DNA of 64,000 nt from a virus, in the IMG/VR virus record IMGVR_UViG_3300017963_005353, positions 19,526 through 83,525 of that record; one strand, given 5' to 3'. The notes below the pieces were generated by a model that was not told where the DNA came from, did not search any database, and saw only the letters and a program-made list of their open reading frames with translations. Made by a program: the position numbers and the translations under genes. Of this stretch, positions 28,704 through 37,563 are shown piece by piece (the first letter of the stretch is position 1; each line of letters begins with the position of its first letter).

Positions 28704-29182
28704 GGTGCCCTCGCTGATTCCAGGGCGATCTCGTTGGCCTCGGGATTGGGGAACATCATAGACAACAGACTTGCCGCATCCTCGAAAAAGGAATCGTCCT
28801 CGGCCACCTCACCGGCCATCTTTTGCACAGCCCGGCCTAGGGCAACCGCCCGGCCCAGGGCATAGCAGAACTGGCGGGGTTCGGCCTCGGCCCGATCGTG
28901 GTACGGGGCAAAGGCCAGGGAATGACGCGCCCGCTCGAACACGGCAACGCCACAGAATTTGTCGCCCTGTGGGGTCGTCAGCAGGCAATAGGTTGCCCCG
29001 CCCATAGGGGAAACGTGGGCCGGTCTGGATTCGCGATCCTCCTTGCCGTTGCGGTAGTACCGCCTCAAGAGCCAGGGGCCTTCGGCTGAAACATCACTGA
29101 CCTGCCGGTAGTGGAAAAACCGCACGTCAATGCCCCGCTGTTGCAGAGCCTCCACCTCGGTGCCGACTTTCGATACTTTCAT
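28700..29182 (-). CDS. hypothetical phage protein
   Basis: ATG 29182 after AAGGA; GGATYC...GVA...F..ALGRAVALGRA. Confidence 0.6.
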   Translation of the reverse strand: MKVSKVGTEVEALQQRGIDVRFFHYRQVSDVSAEGPWLLRRYYRNGKEDRESRPAHVSPMGGATYCLLTTPQGDKFCGVAVFERARHSLAFAPYHDRAEAEPRQFCYALGRAVALGRAVQKMAGEVAEDDSFFEDAASLLSMMFPNPEANEIALESARAP

Positions 29183-29448
29183 TATTCTGTCCTTTCTTCT
29201 TGTAGTTCGTCTCTGACAAACGGGTCGGGATGGGTGCTCATGGACTGTGGGGGATGTGATTGACCAGCGGTGAACAACCACAGCTTTCCCCACAACAGGA
29301 ACATGATCCTATCTTTCCACGAGCCTTTCCAAAGGGCAACCCGGAGTCTGCCGGTGTCGTGAACGGGTAGGGGTTGCTCTGGCGATGGCGACATGTGTTC
29401 CGGCACCATCATGGTTCGCGTGGTTCCTGAAAAATTGACCGGCTTCAT
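29182..29448 (-). CDS. hypothetical phage protein
   Basis: 88 aa, coupled on both sides. Confidence 0.55.
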   Translation of the reverse strand: MKPVNFSGTTRTMMVPEHMSPSPEQPLPVHDTGRLRVALWKGSWKDRIMFLLWGKLWLFTAGQSHPPQSMSTHPDPFVRDELQEERTE

Positions 29449-29461
29449 TTTCTCATCCTTA

Positions 29462-29905
29462 TCAAGGCATCAACAGGGGCGATACAAGTGAAATTGTGGT
29501 CGCTGTCGGCGTCCGGGTTGGAGGTGCTGGTGTGCTGGTCGGTGTGTATGTTGGGAGATGGGGATCGGGTTGGGTTGGATAGGGTGTGTGGGTAGGAATA
29601 AGTGTGAAGGTGGGAATGACGATGGGTGTGTGAGTATGGCGACAAGTGGGAGATGGGGCGGGCGTGTATGGGGCCTGGGTGGGCTGCGGGGTCGGTGTGC
29701 GGGGATCAAACGGGCATCGGTCGAACCAGTCCGCCTGATCCCTGTTCGTCGCCCCTGTTGATCTCTTTATCTCTTGTGTCAGTGTGGCGATAGACTTGTC
29801 ATCCTCTTGGAGCGGGATGGCCGGGCTCACCACGAAAAAGGCCAGCACAGCCAGGAATACAGCAATGCACACTTTGCCTCCTCTAGGGAGCTTGTTCTGG
29901 GTCAT
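29462..29905 (-). CDS. exported Thr/Pro-rich (mucin-like) protein
   Basis: Signal peptide or TM then TPTPQPT/PTYTPTSTPAPPTRTPT low-complexity tail; GAGGTG RBS. Confidence 0.65.
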   Translation of the reverse strand: MTQNKLPRGGKVCIAVFLAVLAFFVVSPAIPLQEDDKSIATLTQEIKRSTGATNRDQADWFDRCPFDPRTPTPQPTQAPYTPAPSPTCRHTHTPIVIPTFTLIPTHTPYPTQPDPHLPTYTPTSTPAPPTRTPTATTISLVSPLLMP

Positions 29906-29914
29906 GCTTGCACC

Positions 29915-30883
29915 TCACACTACAAACTGCCATGAGTTACCGAGCAAAGTGGGCTCTTTCCTGCCCTCCAGGATAGCCTTCACACCCTCGACGGCTTGCC
30001 TTTCCATCTCCTGGCGCGTCTCGGCCGTCCACGATCCCAGGTGCCGGGTCAGGACCACATTTGGAAAAGCGGCCAACTGTCCCTGGTAGGGCTCTTGCTC
30101 GAACACGTCCAGCGCGGCGCCGGCGATGAGCCGTTCCTCCAGGGCCTTGACCAGAGCCTCTTCGTCCACCAGCCCACCCCTGGCAGTGTTGACCAGGTAG
30201 GCAGTCTCTTTCATGCGTGTGAGCTCATCGCGCCCGATCCAGCCCAGGGTTTCGTCGGTCAAGGGGAGATGGAGCAGCAAAAAATCTGACCGCCCGATCA
30301 ACTCATCCTTTGACACATACGTTAGGGCTGTACGCGCAGCCAGGTTTGTGTCTGGGGCCTTGTCATGTCCAAGCAGTTCGACATACCAGGGAAACAACAG
30401 CCTGGCGACCCTGGAGCCCACCTGTCCTACGCCAGCAATCCCGATGGCCTTGCCCCGAAGTAGGCTGCCAGCGAACGAAACAGCCGGGGGCCACTCGCCA
30501 CACCTGACCGCCCGGTCCGACAGGGAAATGCGCCGGGCCACGTCAACCATGAGCCCAATGGTGAGCTCTGCCACAGCAATGGCCGGGGCAGTGGGTGTGT
30601 TGAGCACCTTGATCCCCATTTGCTCACAAAGTTTCAGGTTCACGTTGTCTGTGCCGGTGCCGACCCTGGCGATGACTTTCAGTTGATTGTTGCCACTGAG
30701 CAGGGCTTCGTTCACAGGCTCAGTGCCAGCAATGTACCCATCGCAGTCCATCAGGGCGGCCCGCAATTCGTCGGGCCGCAGCTTGTCAAAGGTGGGTTCG
30801 TCAGGATAGAGCACCTCGAAACCGTAGCTTGTCAAAAAGGCCCGGGCCTCAAGTCCGACCCGGGTGTTGATCAGGATTCGCAT
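29915..30883 (-). CDS. D-isomer-specific 2-hydroxyacid dehydrogenase (SerA-like)
   Basis: RVGTGTDNV, GVGQVG, HLPLT, NTARGGLVDE, LDVFEQEP, HLG. Confidence 0.92.
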   Translation of the reverse strand: MRILINTRVGLEARAFLTSYGFEVLYPDEPTFDKLRPDELRAALMDCDGYIAGTEPVNEALLSGNNQLKVIARVGTGTDNVNLKLCEQMGIKVLNTPTAPAIAVAELTIGLMVDVARRISLSDRAVRCGEWPPAVSFAGSLLRGKAIGIAGVGQVGSRVARLLFPWYVELLGHDKAPDTNLAARTALTYVSKDELIGRSDFLLLHLPLTDETLGWIGRDELTRMKETAYLVNTARGGLVDEEALVKALEERLIAGAALDVFEQEPYQGQLAAFPNVVLTRHLGSWTAETRQEMERQAVEGVKAILEGRKEPTLLGNSWQFVV

Positions 30884-30885
30884 GG

Positions 30886-31404
30886 CTATTTCCCTCTGAG
30901 TTCCACACTCAAGGCAGTCAAGAGCCTGTCAACCGCCCAATTCGCAAAGGCTCTCCGGTCGTCCCAGTCAATGGTCGCCGTGGCGGGGTTGGCCTCCCGG
31001 TCGATGCCCACCAGGGCAGCAGAAATGCTTTCGCCATCTGGATAGGCAAGTGAGACGGTCGAATCATCGGGGGGCATGTCGGGATCGAACAGGAGAAAAT
31101 CAGGATGCAGGGCTCCCGACTTGAGGGCCTCTGTCAATTCATGGGCGTGCTCGCGCCCAACTGCCCCTTCCCACTTGGCACAATCGGGGCATACGTTCGC
31201 CCCAGGCAGCAGGTCGTGGGTCCAGCGCCCACACTCACAGCACCGGAACAGGCCAAGCCCCGCCAGGCCCTCTTTGACAACCCGGACCAGGAAGCGCCAG
31301 GGGTCCTCTTCCAGGGATTCAACCAGGTATTGCTCCAGGTTCCATTTCGTGCCCACCAGGGCAACTTCCAGCTTTTGCATCACTGTCGTCTGTCTCTCTG
31401 TCAT
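30886..31404 (-). CDS. hypothetical Zn-ribbon protein
   Basis: CCECG...CPDC; ATG 31404 after AGGAG. Confidence 0.55.
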   Translation of the reverse strand: MTERQTTVMQKLEVALVGTKWNLEQYLVESLEEDPWRFLVRVVKEGLAGLGLFRCCECGRWTHDLLPGANVCPDCAKWEGAVGREHAHELTEALKSGALHPDFLLFDPDMPPDDSTVSLAYPDGESISAALVGIDREANPATATIDWDDRRAFANWAVDRLLTALSVELRGK

Positions 31405-31436
31405 GTCGTGTCTGCTCCTTTCTTTTGGTAGATTTG

Positions 31437-32063
31437 TTAGCTCCTGCATCGGCCACAGGTGCAATCGGGCGGCTCCCCGCTGTCCCAAGCGGCCAGTACC
31501 ATCTTGGCCTTGGCGTCCAACGCTCGGCCGATGTTCTCGTCCGGGTAAACGTCGAACGTCCAAAACGGACAATGCTCCTGCCTGTCATTGGGAATGTCGC
31601 GGGCCATGTAGACCAGGACTGCGGATTGCCAGGGGCCATGCTGTAGGTATGCCTGGACCTGGGCGTGGTGGGTGTCGGGGAACACATTGTCTATGCGGAG
31701 GCGGGTGAAGGCTTGCCAGGTGACGGTCTTGATCTCGATGAGCAGTTGCCCGTCAAGGGTTTGAAAATCCACATGGCCCTTGTACCGGGCGTCAAACCCG
31801 GCGACGAGCTCCCCAGGGGGATACCGCTCGATCTCGGCCTGGAGCAGTTCGCCAATCGCGCCTTCTAGCATCACCCCAAGCCAGCTACGCCAATGCTCCC
31901 CATCGCGCAGGTCGGGACGGGGATTGGTCAACTCTCGGTACAATTGGCGGGGACAGTATCCGATCCTGGACATGCCCAGGTAGTCACGCTGGCGGACAAA
32001 ACCCGACTGATTGCGGATGGCCTCGACCAGGGCCGCTTTCAAATCTCTGGCTTGTCTGATCAC
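31437..32063 (-). CDS. Cas4-like PD-(D/E)XK exonuclease
   Basis: YCPRQLY, GHVD, IEIKT, QVQAY, C-terminal CTCGRC (1+3 Cys Fe-S pattern). Confidence 0.8.
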   Translation of the reverse strand: MIRQARDLKAALVEAIRNQSGFVRQRDYLGMSRIGYCPRQLYRELTNPRPDLRDGEHWRSWLGVMLEGAIGELLQAEIERYPPGELVAGFDARYKGHVDFQTLDGQLLIEIKTVTWQAFTRLRIDNVFPDTHHAQVQAYLQHGPWQSAVLVYMARDIPNDRQEHCPFWTFDVYPDENIGRALDAKAKMVLAAWDSGEPPDCTCGRCRS

Positions 32064-32086
32064 GCTGATGCTCCTCTCTGCCCCCA

Positions 32087-32115
32087 ATTATACCCTAAAA
32101 CGGCTGTTTTGTCAA
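32087..32115 (-). promoter_or_regulatory. sigma70-type promoter
   Basis: TTGACA-17-TATAAT. Confidence 0.75.
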
Positions 32116-32624
32116 AGTGCCGGATCGTATTTGACCCATGCTTTGGAATAAGGCTGCCCAGCAAAAAGACCCGCCAGCCCCGTCATCTGTTTTAATCGCA
32201 AGACCTCTTCAGCCTCCATGCCCAATTCCTTGGCAATGTCAATATCTGTCCAGCCAAGTTTTATCAGCTTAGTAACCAGCATTGACATCAAGTCTACGTT
32301 ATGGACTCCCCGTGCCCGATTCATTTCGATGGTGGCGGCCATCCGTTCTTTCATGTCCTTATCAATAACGACAACGGGGATCTCTTTGCATTTGAACCTG
32401 TCGCGTAGAAGCACAAACCGATGGAAGCCGTCCACAACTATATAGATATCCTGAATCTCATCATAAAAAACCGTGATCGCGTACACAAGCCCGTTGTTTT
32501 CGATAGACCGTGCCAGGAGTTCCATTTCCGGGGTGGCAACACGGTTTGGGTTGTAATCATTGGCGATCACTTTTTCAGTCGGCACAAACTTTGGTGCCAT
32601 ACAGGGAAAAGAAATCTTCGTCAT
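32112..32624 (-). CDS. ibrB: ParB/Srx-domain protein, IbrB-like
   Basis: ANDYNPN, VVDGFHR, ATIEMNRARG, IAKELGM. Confidence 0.8.
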   Translation of the reverse strand: MTKISFPCMAPKFVPTEKVIANDYNPNRVATPEMELLARSIENNGLVYAITVFYDEIQDIYIVVDGFHRFVLLRDRFKCKEIPVVVIDKDMKERMAATIEMNRARGVHNVDLMSMLVTKLIKLGWTDIDIAKELGMEAEEVLRLKQMTGLAGLFAGQPYSKAWVKYDPAL

Positions 32625-33718
32625 AGTATTTCCATCCATTTCTCTAACGGGTTCTCTTTCTTCTTGACATTTGCGACCGGGACGTTGTTCTCCCAGTCAT
32701 TGATCTGTAACTGATGTACCTGTTGTCGATATACTCTCTCGTTTTCATTTTGCCCGGCAAACCTCTTGATAAATACCTCCCTTGTTTCTTGTGGGATTGG
32801 CAGTGTATCGAGCAGAAAATCCCGATATGCTTTCCAGGTCTCGAAGCCGTGCGGCAACTTTCGTGCAGCAAAGACCTGAGGCGATTTCCCATACCGCGCT
32901 GCAATGTGAACCCCCTTGACGCGCCGCACGATTCTCTCATAAGTATCGGGCTCAAACTCTTGCAGCGTCGCAAGGCATTTGTAAGCCTTCTCGTGGATGA
33001 GATTGGATACCCGCATCTCCGGGATATTGAACCCCTTCACGTACATCCAGTCATAGACGGGGTTGTATCTCAATTTCTCTGTCCCAATAAACGTCCAGAC
33101 ATCCTCAAATGTCCAGTCATAGATTGGGTACAGTTTCATGCACTCGCCACCGGTCGTCCTGGACGACCAATTGACACCTGGAATGGCTGGATTGCGCGTC
33201 ACTGCGCTGTACCGATTCAGGCTTTCCTCAGAACGCAACCCCACCAGACTACATGAGTTTGGCCCCCAGTTGTTATCTACCCACTCCATGATGCGGTAGA
33301 ATCTATCTACCGGCAACGGATCTTTAATGGAAATGTCCACCTTCGGATGTATCCAATCAGCGCCAGGTTCCCAAGCATAGAGCCACTCATCTTCATACGA
33401 GGTGGCGTTCGTCATCCTGCAAGGAACCTGGTACCAGCAGGGCACGATGAGTTCCTTAGCCATAATGTCCTTGATGATCTCGATTGTGGCAGCATATTCT
33501 GCCTCCTGATCGAGGAAAAAGACGTTGATTTTCCTGCCGCGCCTGATGGCCTCACGGTGGGCCAATTCAAACAGCACCGTGCTGTCTTTGCCGCCAGAAA
33601 TGCTAACACTGATCGTTTCGAAAGTATCAAAAATCCATTCGATGCGCTCTGTGGTAGCCTCCACGACGGTTTTTTGGAGATAGAGTTTACACGCATTGGG
33701 GCTATGTCCTAGTTGCAC
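32621..33718 (-). CDS. ibrA: PAPS-reductase-like PP-loop protein (DUF3440), IbrA-like
   Basis: SISGGKDS, FLDQEAEY, GLRSEESLNR, YPIYDW..EDVW, MRVSNL. Confidence 0.8.
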   Translation of the reverse strand: MQLGHSPNACKLYLQKTVVEATTERIEWIFDTFETISVSISGGKDSTVLFELAHREAIRRGRKINVFFLDQEAEYAATIEIIKDIMAKELIVPCWYQVPCRMTNATSYEDEWLYAWEPGADWIHPKVDISIKDPLPVDRFYRIMEWVDNNWGPNSCSLVGLRSEESLNRYSAVTRNPAIPGVNWSSRTTGGECMKLYPIYDWTFEDVWTFIGTEKLRYNPVYDWMYVKGFNIPEMRVSNLIHEKAYKCLATLQEFEPDTYERIVRRVKGVHIAARYGKSPQVFAARKLPHGFETWKAYRDFLLDTLPIPQETREVFIKRFAGQNENERVYRQQVHQLQINDWENNVPVANVKKKENPLEKWMEIL

Positions 33719-34808
33719 GATAGAGCTCCTTTGTCAATCCATCTATTTGTCGCAACTCGTGGTCGAGTTGTTCAAATAGATACCTATCAACTTTCATGTC
33801 GCTCCTGAAGTGGAAAACCTTGCACTTAGGGGATAACAAAGATTCAACGTCTAAGAGGAAATAGCTCTTGACGATTGGCGATTCAAAATAGACACAGTTC
33901 TGGTATTCTATCTTGGGTATGGGCAAGCCCAACTGTCCGACTTTTGGCTTGGGCCTCGGCATGCCCTGCTGATATGACGTGACCCTAAGCTGCTTTATCC
34001 CTGCATCGCGCAGCTTTTTTCGTAACCTCTTGGCATAAGTACCGAGGTTAGTCAAGATAAGCGTTCTGCCACGCAATGTATTTAGAAGCTCGATAAGCCG
34101 ATCCGAACGGCTATCAAACGCATGGGTCAAATCGGCAAGCCGCGTCACTATCGGCTGCGGTGTGGTATATTGAGCAAAGAGTTGCTCTTTTTTCTCCGCG
34201 TAAGCTTGACGCTCGCTGCCTGTTGATTCAACTTCAATGAGTTCCCTGTTCTGACACAGAAAGGCTGGATAGGTTATTTGGCAAGCACGCTTCATTTTGT
34301 CGGCCACGATGTCAAAATCATGAGAAGAATGAACGGTGCCGCTGGTGTCTTGCTCATAGTAGTTTTCGCGCCAAGCGTAATAATGAGCATATCCCAGAAT
34401 GGCGCGGCCCAGGTAGGCCAGTGGGACATAGAGGTATTGAATGTCCAACGTGAACGGCACGATGTCCACGATGGCCTTGTGCCCGATTTGCATTGACAGC
34501 CGCTTGAGCCGGGCGAATTTTGTTGAAGTGATCTTTGGATACCGGGACGGGTTCTCTAGAATGAGAACGCTATCTTCATTCGTGATGGAATTGATGTATA
34601 ACCATTCATCGCGTTTGGAAATGTCTTCAAACGTGACGGGATGTACATGCTCAAGCTGTGGCCGCTCTGCCTCCCTGTTTTTGGGATAGACATAGATTGC
34701 CGTGCTGCCCTTGGCGCGGCGCAGAAAATCTCGGATGAATTTATCTTTTTCCTCTCTACTTTTGGAATATAGGGCGGCAATCATAACTCTAGCCTCATCC
34801 AATGCCAT
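33702..34808 (-). CDS. catalytically degenerate SNF2-helicase paralog
   Basis: Aligns by eye to the neighbouring helicase (LILENPSRY vs VIVDESSY; YLYVPLAYLGRAILGY vs DLYAQMRFLSPKILGY) but lacks GKT and DE. Confidence 0.55.
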   Translation of the reverse strand: MALDEARVMIAALYSKSREEKDKFIRDFLRRAKGSTAIYVYPKNREAERPQLEHVHPVTFEDISKRDEWLYINSITNEDSVLILENPSRYPKITSTKFARLKRLSMQIGHKAIVDIVPFTLDIQYLYVPLAYLGRAILGYAHYYAWRENYYEQDTSGTVHSSHDFDIVADKMKRACQITYPAFLCQNRELIEVESTGSERQAYAEKKEQLFAQYTTPQPIVTRLADLTHAFDSRSDRLIELLNTLRGRTLILTNLGTYAKRLRKKLRDAGIKQLRVTSYQQGMPRPKPKVGQLGLPIPKIEYQNCVYFESPIVKSYFLLDVESLLSPKCKVFHFRSDMKVDRYLFEQLDHELRQIDGLTKELYRATRT

Positions 34809-35179
34809 TTGCCACGGATATACAATTCTGTGAACCCACGGGCCTCATAATGTTTCACGCGGCCAGGCCTGACCGCCACCTTGAGATGCGACAGCCCAAG
34901 CGACCTTGCCAACCCGATGCGCCGCTCTATCAATTCTCTGGCGATTCCCCGCCGCCTGAATTCTGGAAAGACATAGAGGTGGCAAAGCATTTTTCTCTTT
35001 GTCTTCAAAGCAGCGAATCCAGCAACGTCGGGGCCAGATATTGCCACAATCCAATAGGTAGAATCATCGCTGGACATGATCCCGCCAAGCTCTGAACGAA
35101 TCCCAGGATCGTAGCCATATCTACCTATATATTGCCACAAAGCATTGTCATTGTGATGCAAAGTGAGATATTTTATCAC
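34781..35179 (-). CDS. GNAT acetyltransferase
   Basis: LYVFPEFRRRGIA motif A; YEARGF. Confidence 0.85.
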   Translation of the reverse strand: MIKYLTLHHNDNALWQYIGRYGYDPGIRSELGGIMSSDDSTYWIVAISGPDVAGFAALKTKRKMLCHLYVFPEFRRRGIARELIERRIGLARSLGLSHLKVAVRPGRVKHYEARGFTELYIRGKWHWMRLEL

Positions 35180-36901
35180 AGTTTTCTTACCAGTTCTCTG
35201 ATCTTCTCTTTGCCGCCATCCTTGACCCTATCGATTTCCCGTTTGAAAGCGCTGACGACACTTCCTTTTTCTTGCATGGCCCTGGCAATCCGAATATCAA
35301 TGCTGTCGTTGCAAACGATATCGATGTAGGTCACAGGCCGATCTTGTCCAATGCGGTGACAGCGATCCTCCGCCTGCAACCGCTCAGAATATTTAAAGCT
35401 ATTGCTGTAAAAAATCACATGGTTGGCCTCATTAAGCGTGAGACCATGCCCCCCGCTGGATTGAGTGGCGACCAGGAATCGCGCACCATCTCTGAACCGT
35501 GCAATCTCAGCGTTGCGCTCTTGTTCACCGAGGCCGCCATGAAATTGGGCGACTGCACCTCGGCCATATTCATCTGCCAGCGCCGCAACGATTTGGCAGA
35601 TACTATAACGGTATTTGCTCCAAACAATGATCTTTTCGCTCGCAGGAATATTGGCGACAATGTTCAACAAAACGTCGATCCGTTCGTGACCGCCAAATTC
35701 TAGAAGCTCAAATTGCGGTTCCCGAGACCTGTTTCTGGAAAAGGGGCTGTCCAACCGCCGATTCCAGAATCCACACGTGATCTGTTGCAGGGCGTTGAAC
35801 AGCCTGAAGATCACATAGCTGTCCAGGCCATCACTGTCTGGTATATCCATGAGCAACTCCCACTTGGCCCGTTCGTAATTCTCTCTCTGCTCATCGGTCA
35901 TGGAAAAATAGCGGGCGTCGTAGAGCTTTGGCGGCAAGTCCAGGCACTCATCTTTCGTTATTTGATACACGTATGGGCCTATCTTCGCCGCCAGCCAGCC
36001 CGTGTTGTGTGCTCGGACGATCAGGCCGGGATATTTCTCACTGTATTCCAGGTGATTGTGGGCAAATGAGTAGAACGAATTATAACCTAAAATCTTTGGG
36101 GACAAAAAGCGCATTTGGGCATAGAGATCGACAACGCCTTGAGTTAAGGGGGTCCCGGTCAGGATGGCCCGATACCGCGCTCGTTGAGCCATGTAGGTAA
36201 TACGCTTGGTGCGCTTGGCATTATGGCCCTTGATGTAGCTCGATTCGTCTACAATAACGAATGAGTCAGGGCCAATGATTTGATTGGTTTGCCAATACCA
36301 TTCTGTCGCTTGAGCTCATCGATTCTATGCCCACGATGTACCAACGAGTCGTGGGCTCATACAATGGCATCTTGCCGTCGAGGATGGCGATCGCACTGTC
36401 TGGTGTGTCAGTATGTTTCTGTATCTCATAGCGTATGGTCTCTTTGAGCGAAACGGGACAGAACCACACCACATTGCTAATGCGGCCCCGGCGCAGATGG
36501 GCCAATTCGATGGCGACGCGCGTCTTGCCTGTCCCCATCTCCATGAACAGGCCACAAACCCGCAGGCCAAGCAGCTTGTCCACGGCCCGCTGTTGGAAAT
36601 CATAGAGGCTCGTCTTTAAGTTCATCATGTTTTCAATGTCTGGGTTCGCAAATTCTACGCAATATCCGCCCTCAATCAAGGTGTGCCCGGTTTCCGCACA
36701 TCGATGCGCTGGATCTCCAGCCAATTTACCGATCTTTCTCTGCCAGCGCTTATTGGAGTGGCTCCAATAAAATCCGAGCCCCTTGATTAGAGTGCGGAAA
36801 TCGTCACGATATTCGGGGAATCTGACAAAGACGGTTTCCTCGGCTATTGACAGCATCGCTACCGTTTTTGTCTTTGGAGAGGGGGGCTTGATGATTGACA
36901 C
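35176..36901 (-). pseudogene. SNF2-family helicase split by a 1-nt frameshift near 36288-36290
   Basis: Q motif and Walker A (MGTGKT) in 36266-36901; Walker B (VIVDES), TGTP and QAEDRCHRIGQ in the next frame; removing one A from GCAAACC restores one ORF. Confidence 0.75.
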
Positions 36902-36954
36902 TTTATCTTCCTGTTCTCTTCTGTTCTGTCTATAAACCGTCCAAATTCACCATT

Positions 36955-36983
36955 ATTATACCACAACGTGTTGATTCTGTCAA
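36955..36983 (-). promoter_or_regulatory. sigma70-type promoter (divergent pair, leftward)
   Basis: TTGACA-17-TATAAT with TGTGG. Confidence 0.85.
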
Positions 36984-36999
36984 ATAAAACCGCCCTGAT

Positions 37000-37028
37000 T
37001 TGACACCATAGACTTGTTGTGGTATAAT
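37000..37028 (+). promoter_or_regulatory. sigma70-type promoter (divergent pair, rightward)
   Basis: TTGACA-17-TATAAT with TGTGG. Confidence 0.85.
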
Positions 37029-37079
37029 AACGTTGTAACTTCTTGGGCGATCCAGCACGATTTCAAGCGAGGGAGTACC

Positions 37080-37283
37080 ATGCCAGACTATAAAAATGTC
37101 GCAATACCCTTAAGCCTACATAGACGGGTAGCAATTCTCACCGCGAGACTTGGTAGGACAATCGGCGGGAAAGGGGGCATTGCTGCGGAGCTTTTGGAAA
37201 ATTGGTTAGACGAGAACAGACAAGAGGAGAGACGAGATGCACCAACTATTGAGCGAGATCGAGGGGCTGCTGATCCTGACTAA
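37080..37283 (+). CDS. small ribbon-helix-helix-like regulator
   Basis: KNVAIPLSLHRRV strand-helix pattern; first gene after the promoter. Confidence 0.5.
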   Translation: MPDYKNVAIPLSLHRRVAILTARLGRTIGGKGGIAAELLENWLDENRQEERRDAPTIERDRGAADPD

Positions 37284-37563
37284 CATGCTTGTGGCTTTCA
37301 TTGGCGGCGTGCTGTTCCTCACGGGATGGCACATGACGGGAAAGCCCCGGTGCAGGGCCATGGCGATGGTGCAGGAGATGTCGCCGTTGCTGGCCCGGAT
37401 CGAGCGGGCCGTGCGGGAAGGCAACCAGGGCGTCACGGTATTGCGCGGGCGCGTTCTACCAAACGGTCGGGCGTACATGTCGCACGGGGAGACCTTCAGT
37501 CTCCCCAGGGGCGTCGTACTCGAACCGGGGCGCGAGGTCGTGTTGTCGGCGGGGGCGGTATGA
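37237..37563 (+). CDS. single-TM protein
   Basis: N-terminal TM; GAGGAG RBS. Confidence 0.55.
   Translation: MHQLLSEIEGLLILTNMLVAFIGGVLFLTGWHMTGKPRCRAMAMVQEMSPLLARIERAVREGNQGVTVLRGRVLPNGRAYMSHGETFSLPRGVVLEPGREVVLSAGAV

Noticed and set aside
29915-30883. Calling the dehydrogenase serA
   Set aside because: No regulatory ACT domain and the context is sugar tailoring; family-level call only.
31437-32063. Cas4-like gene as evidence of a CRISPR-Cas locus
   Set aside because: No repeat-spacer array and no cas1/cas2; solo Cas4-like nucleases are common in phages.
32621-33718. Sulfate-assimilation cysH supplying the sulfotransferase
   Set aside because: DUF3440-type motifs and coupling to a ParB-like gene indicate IbrA; a PAPS reductase would also consume rather than make PAPS.
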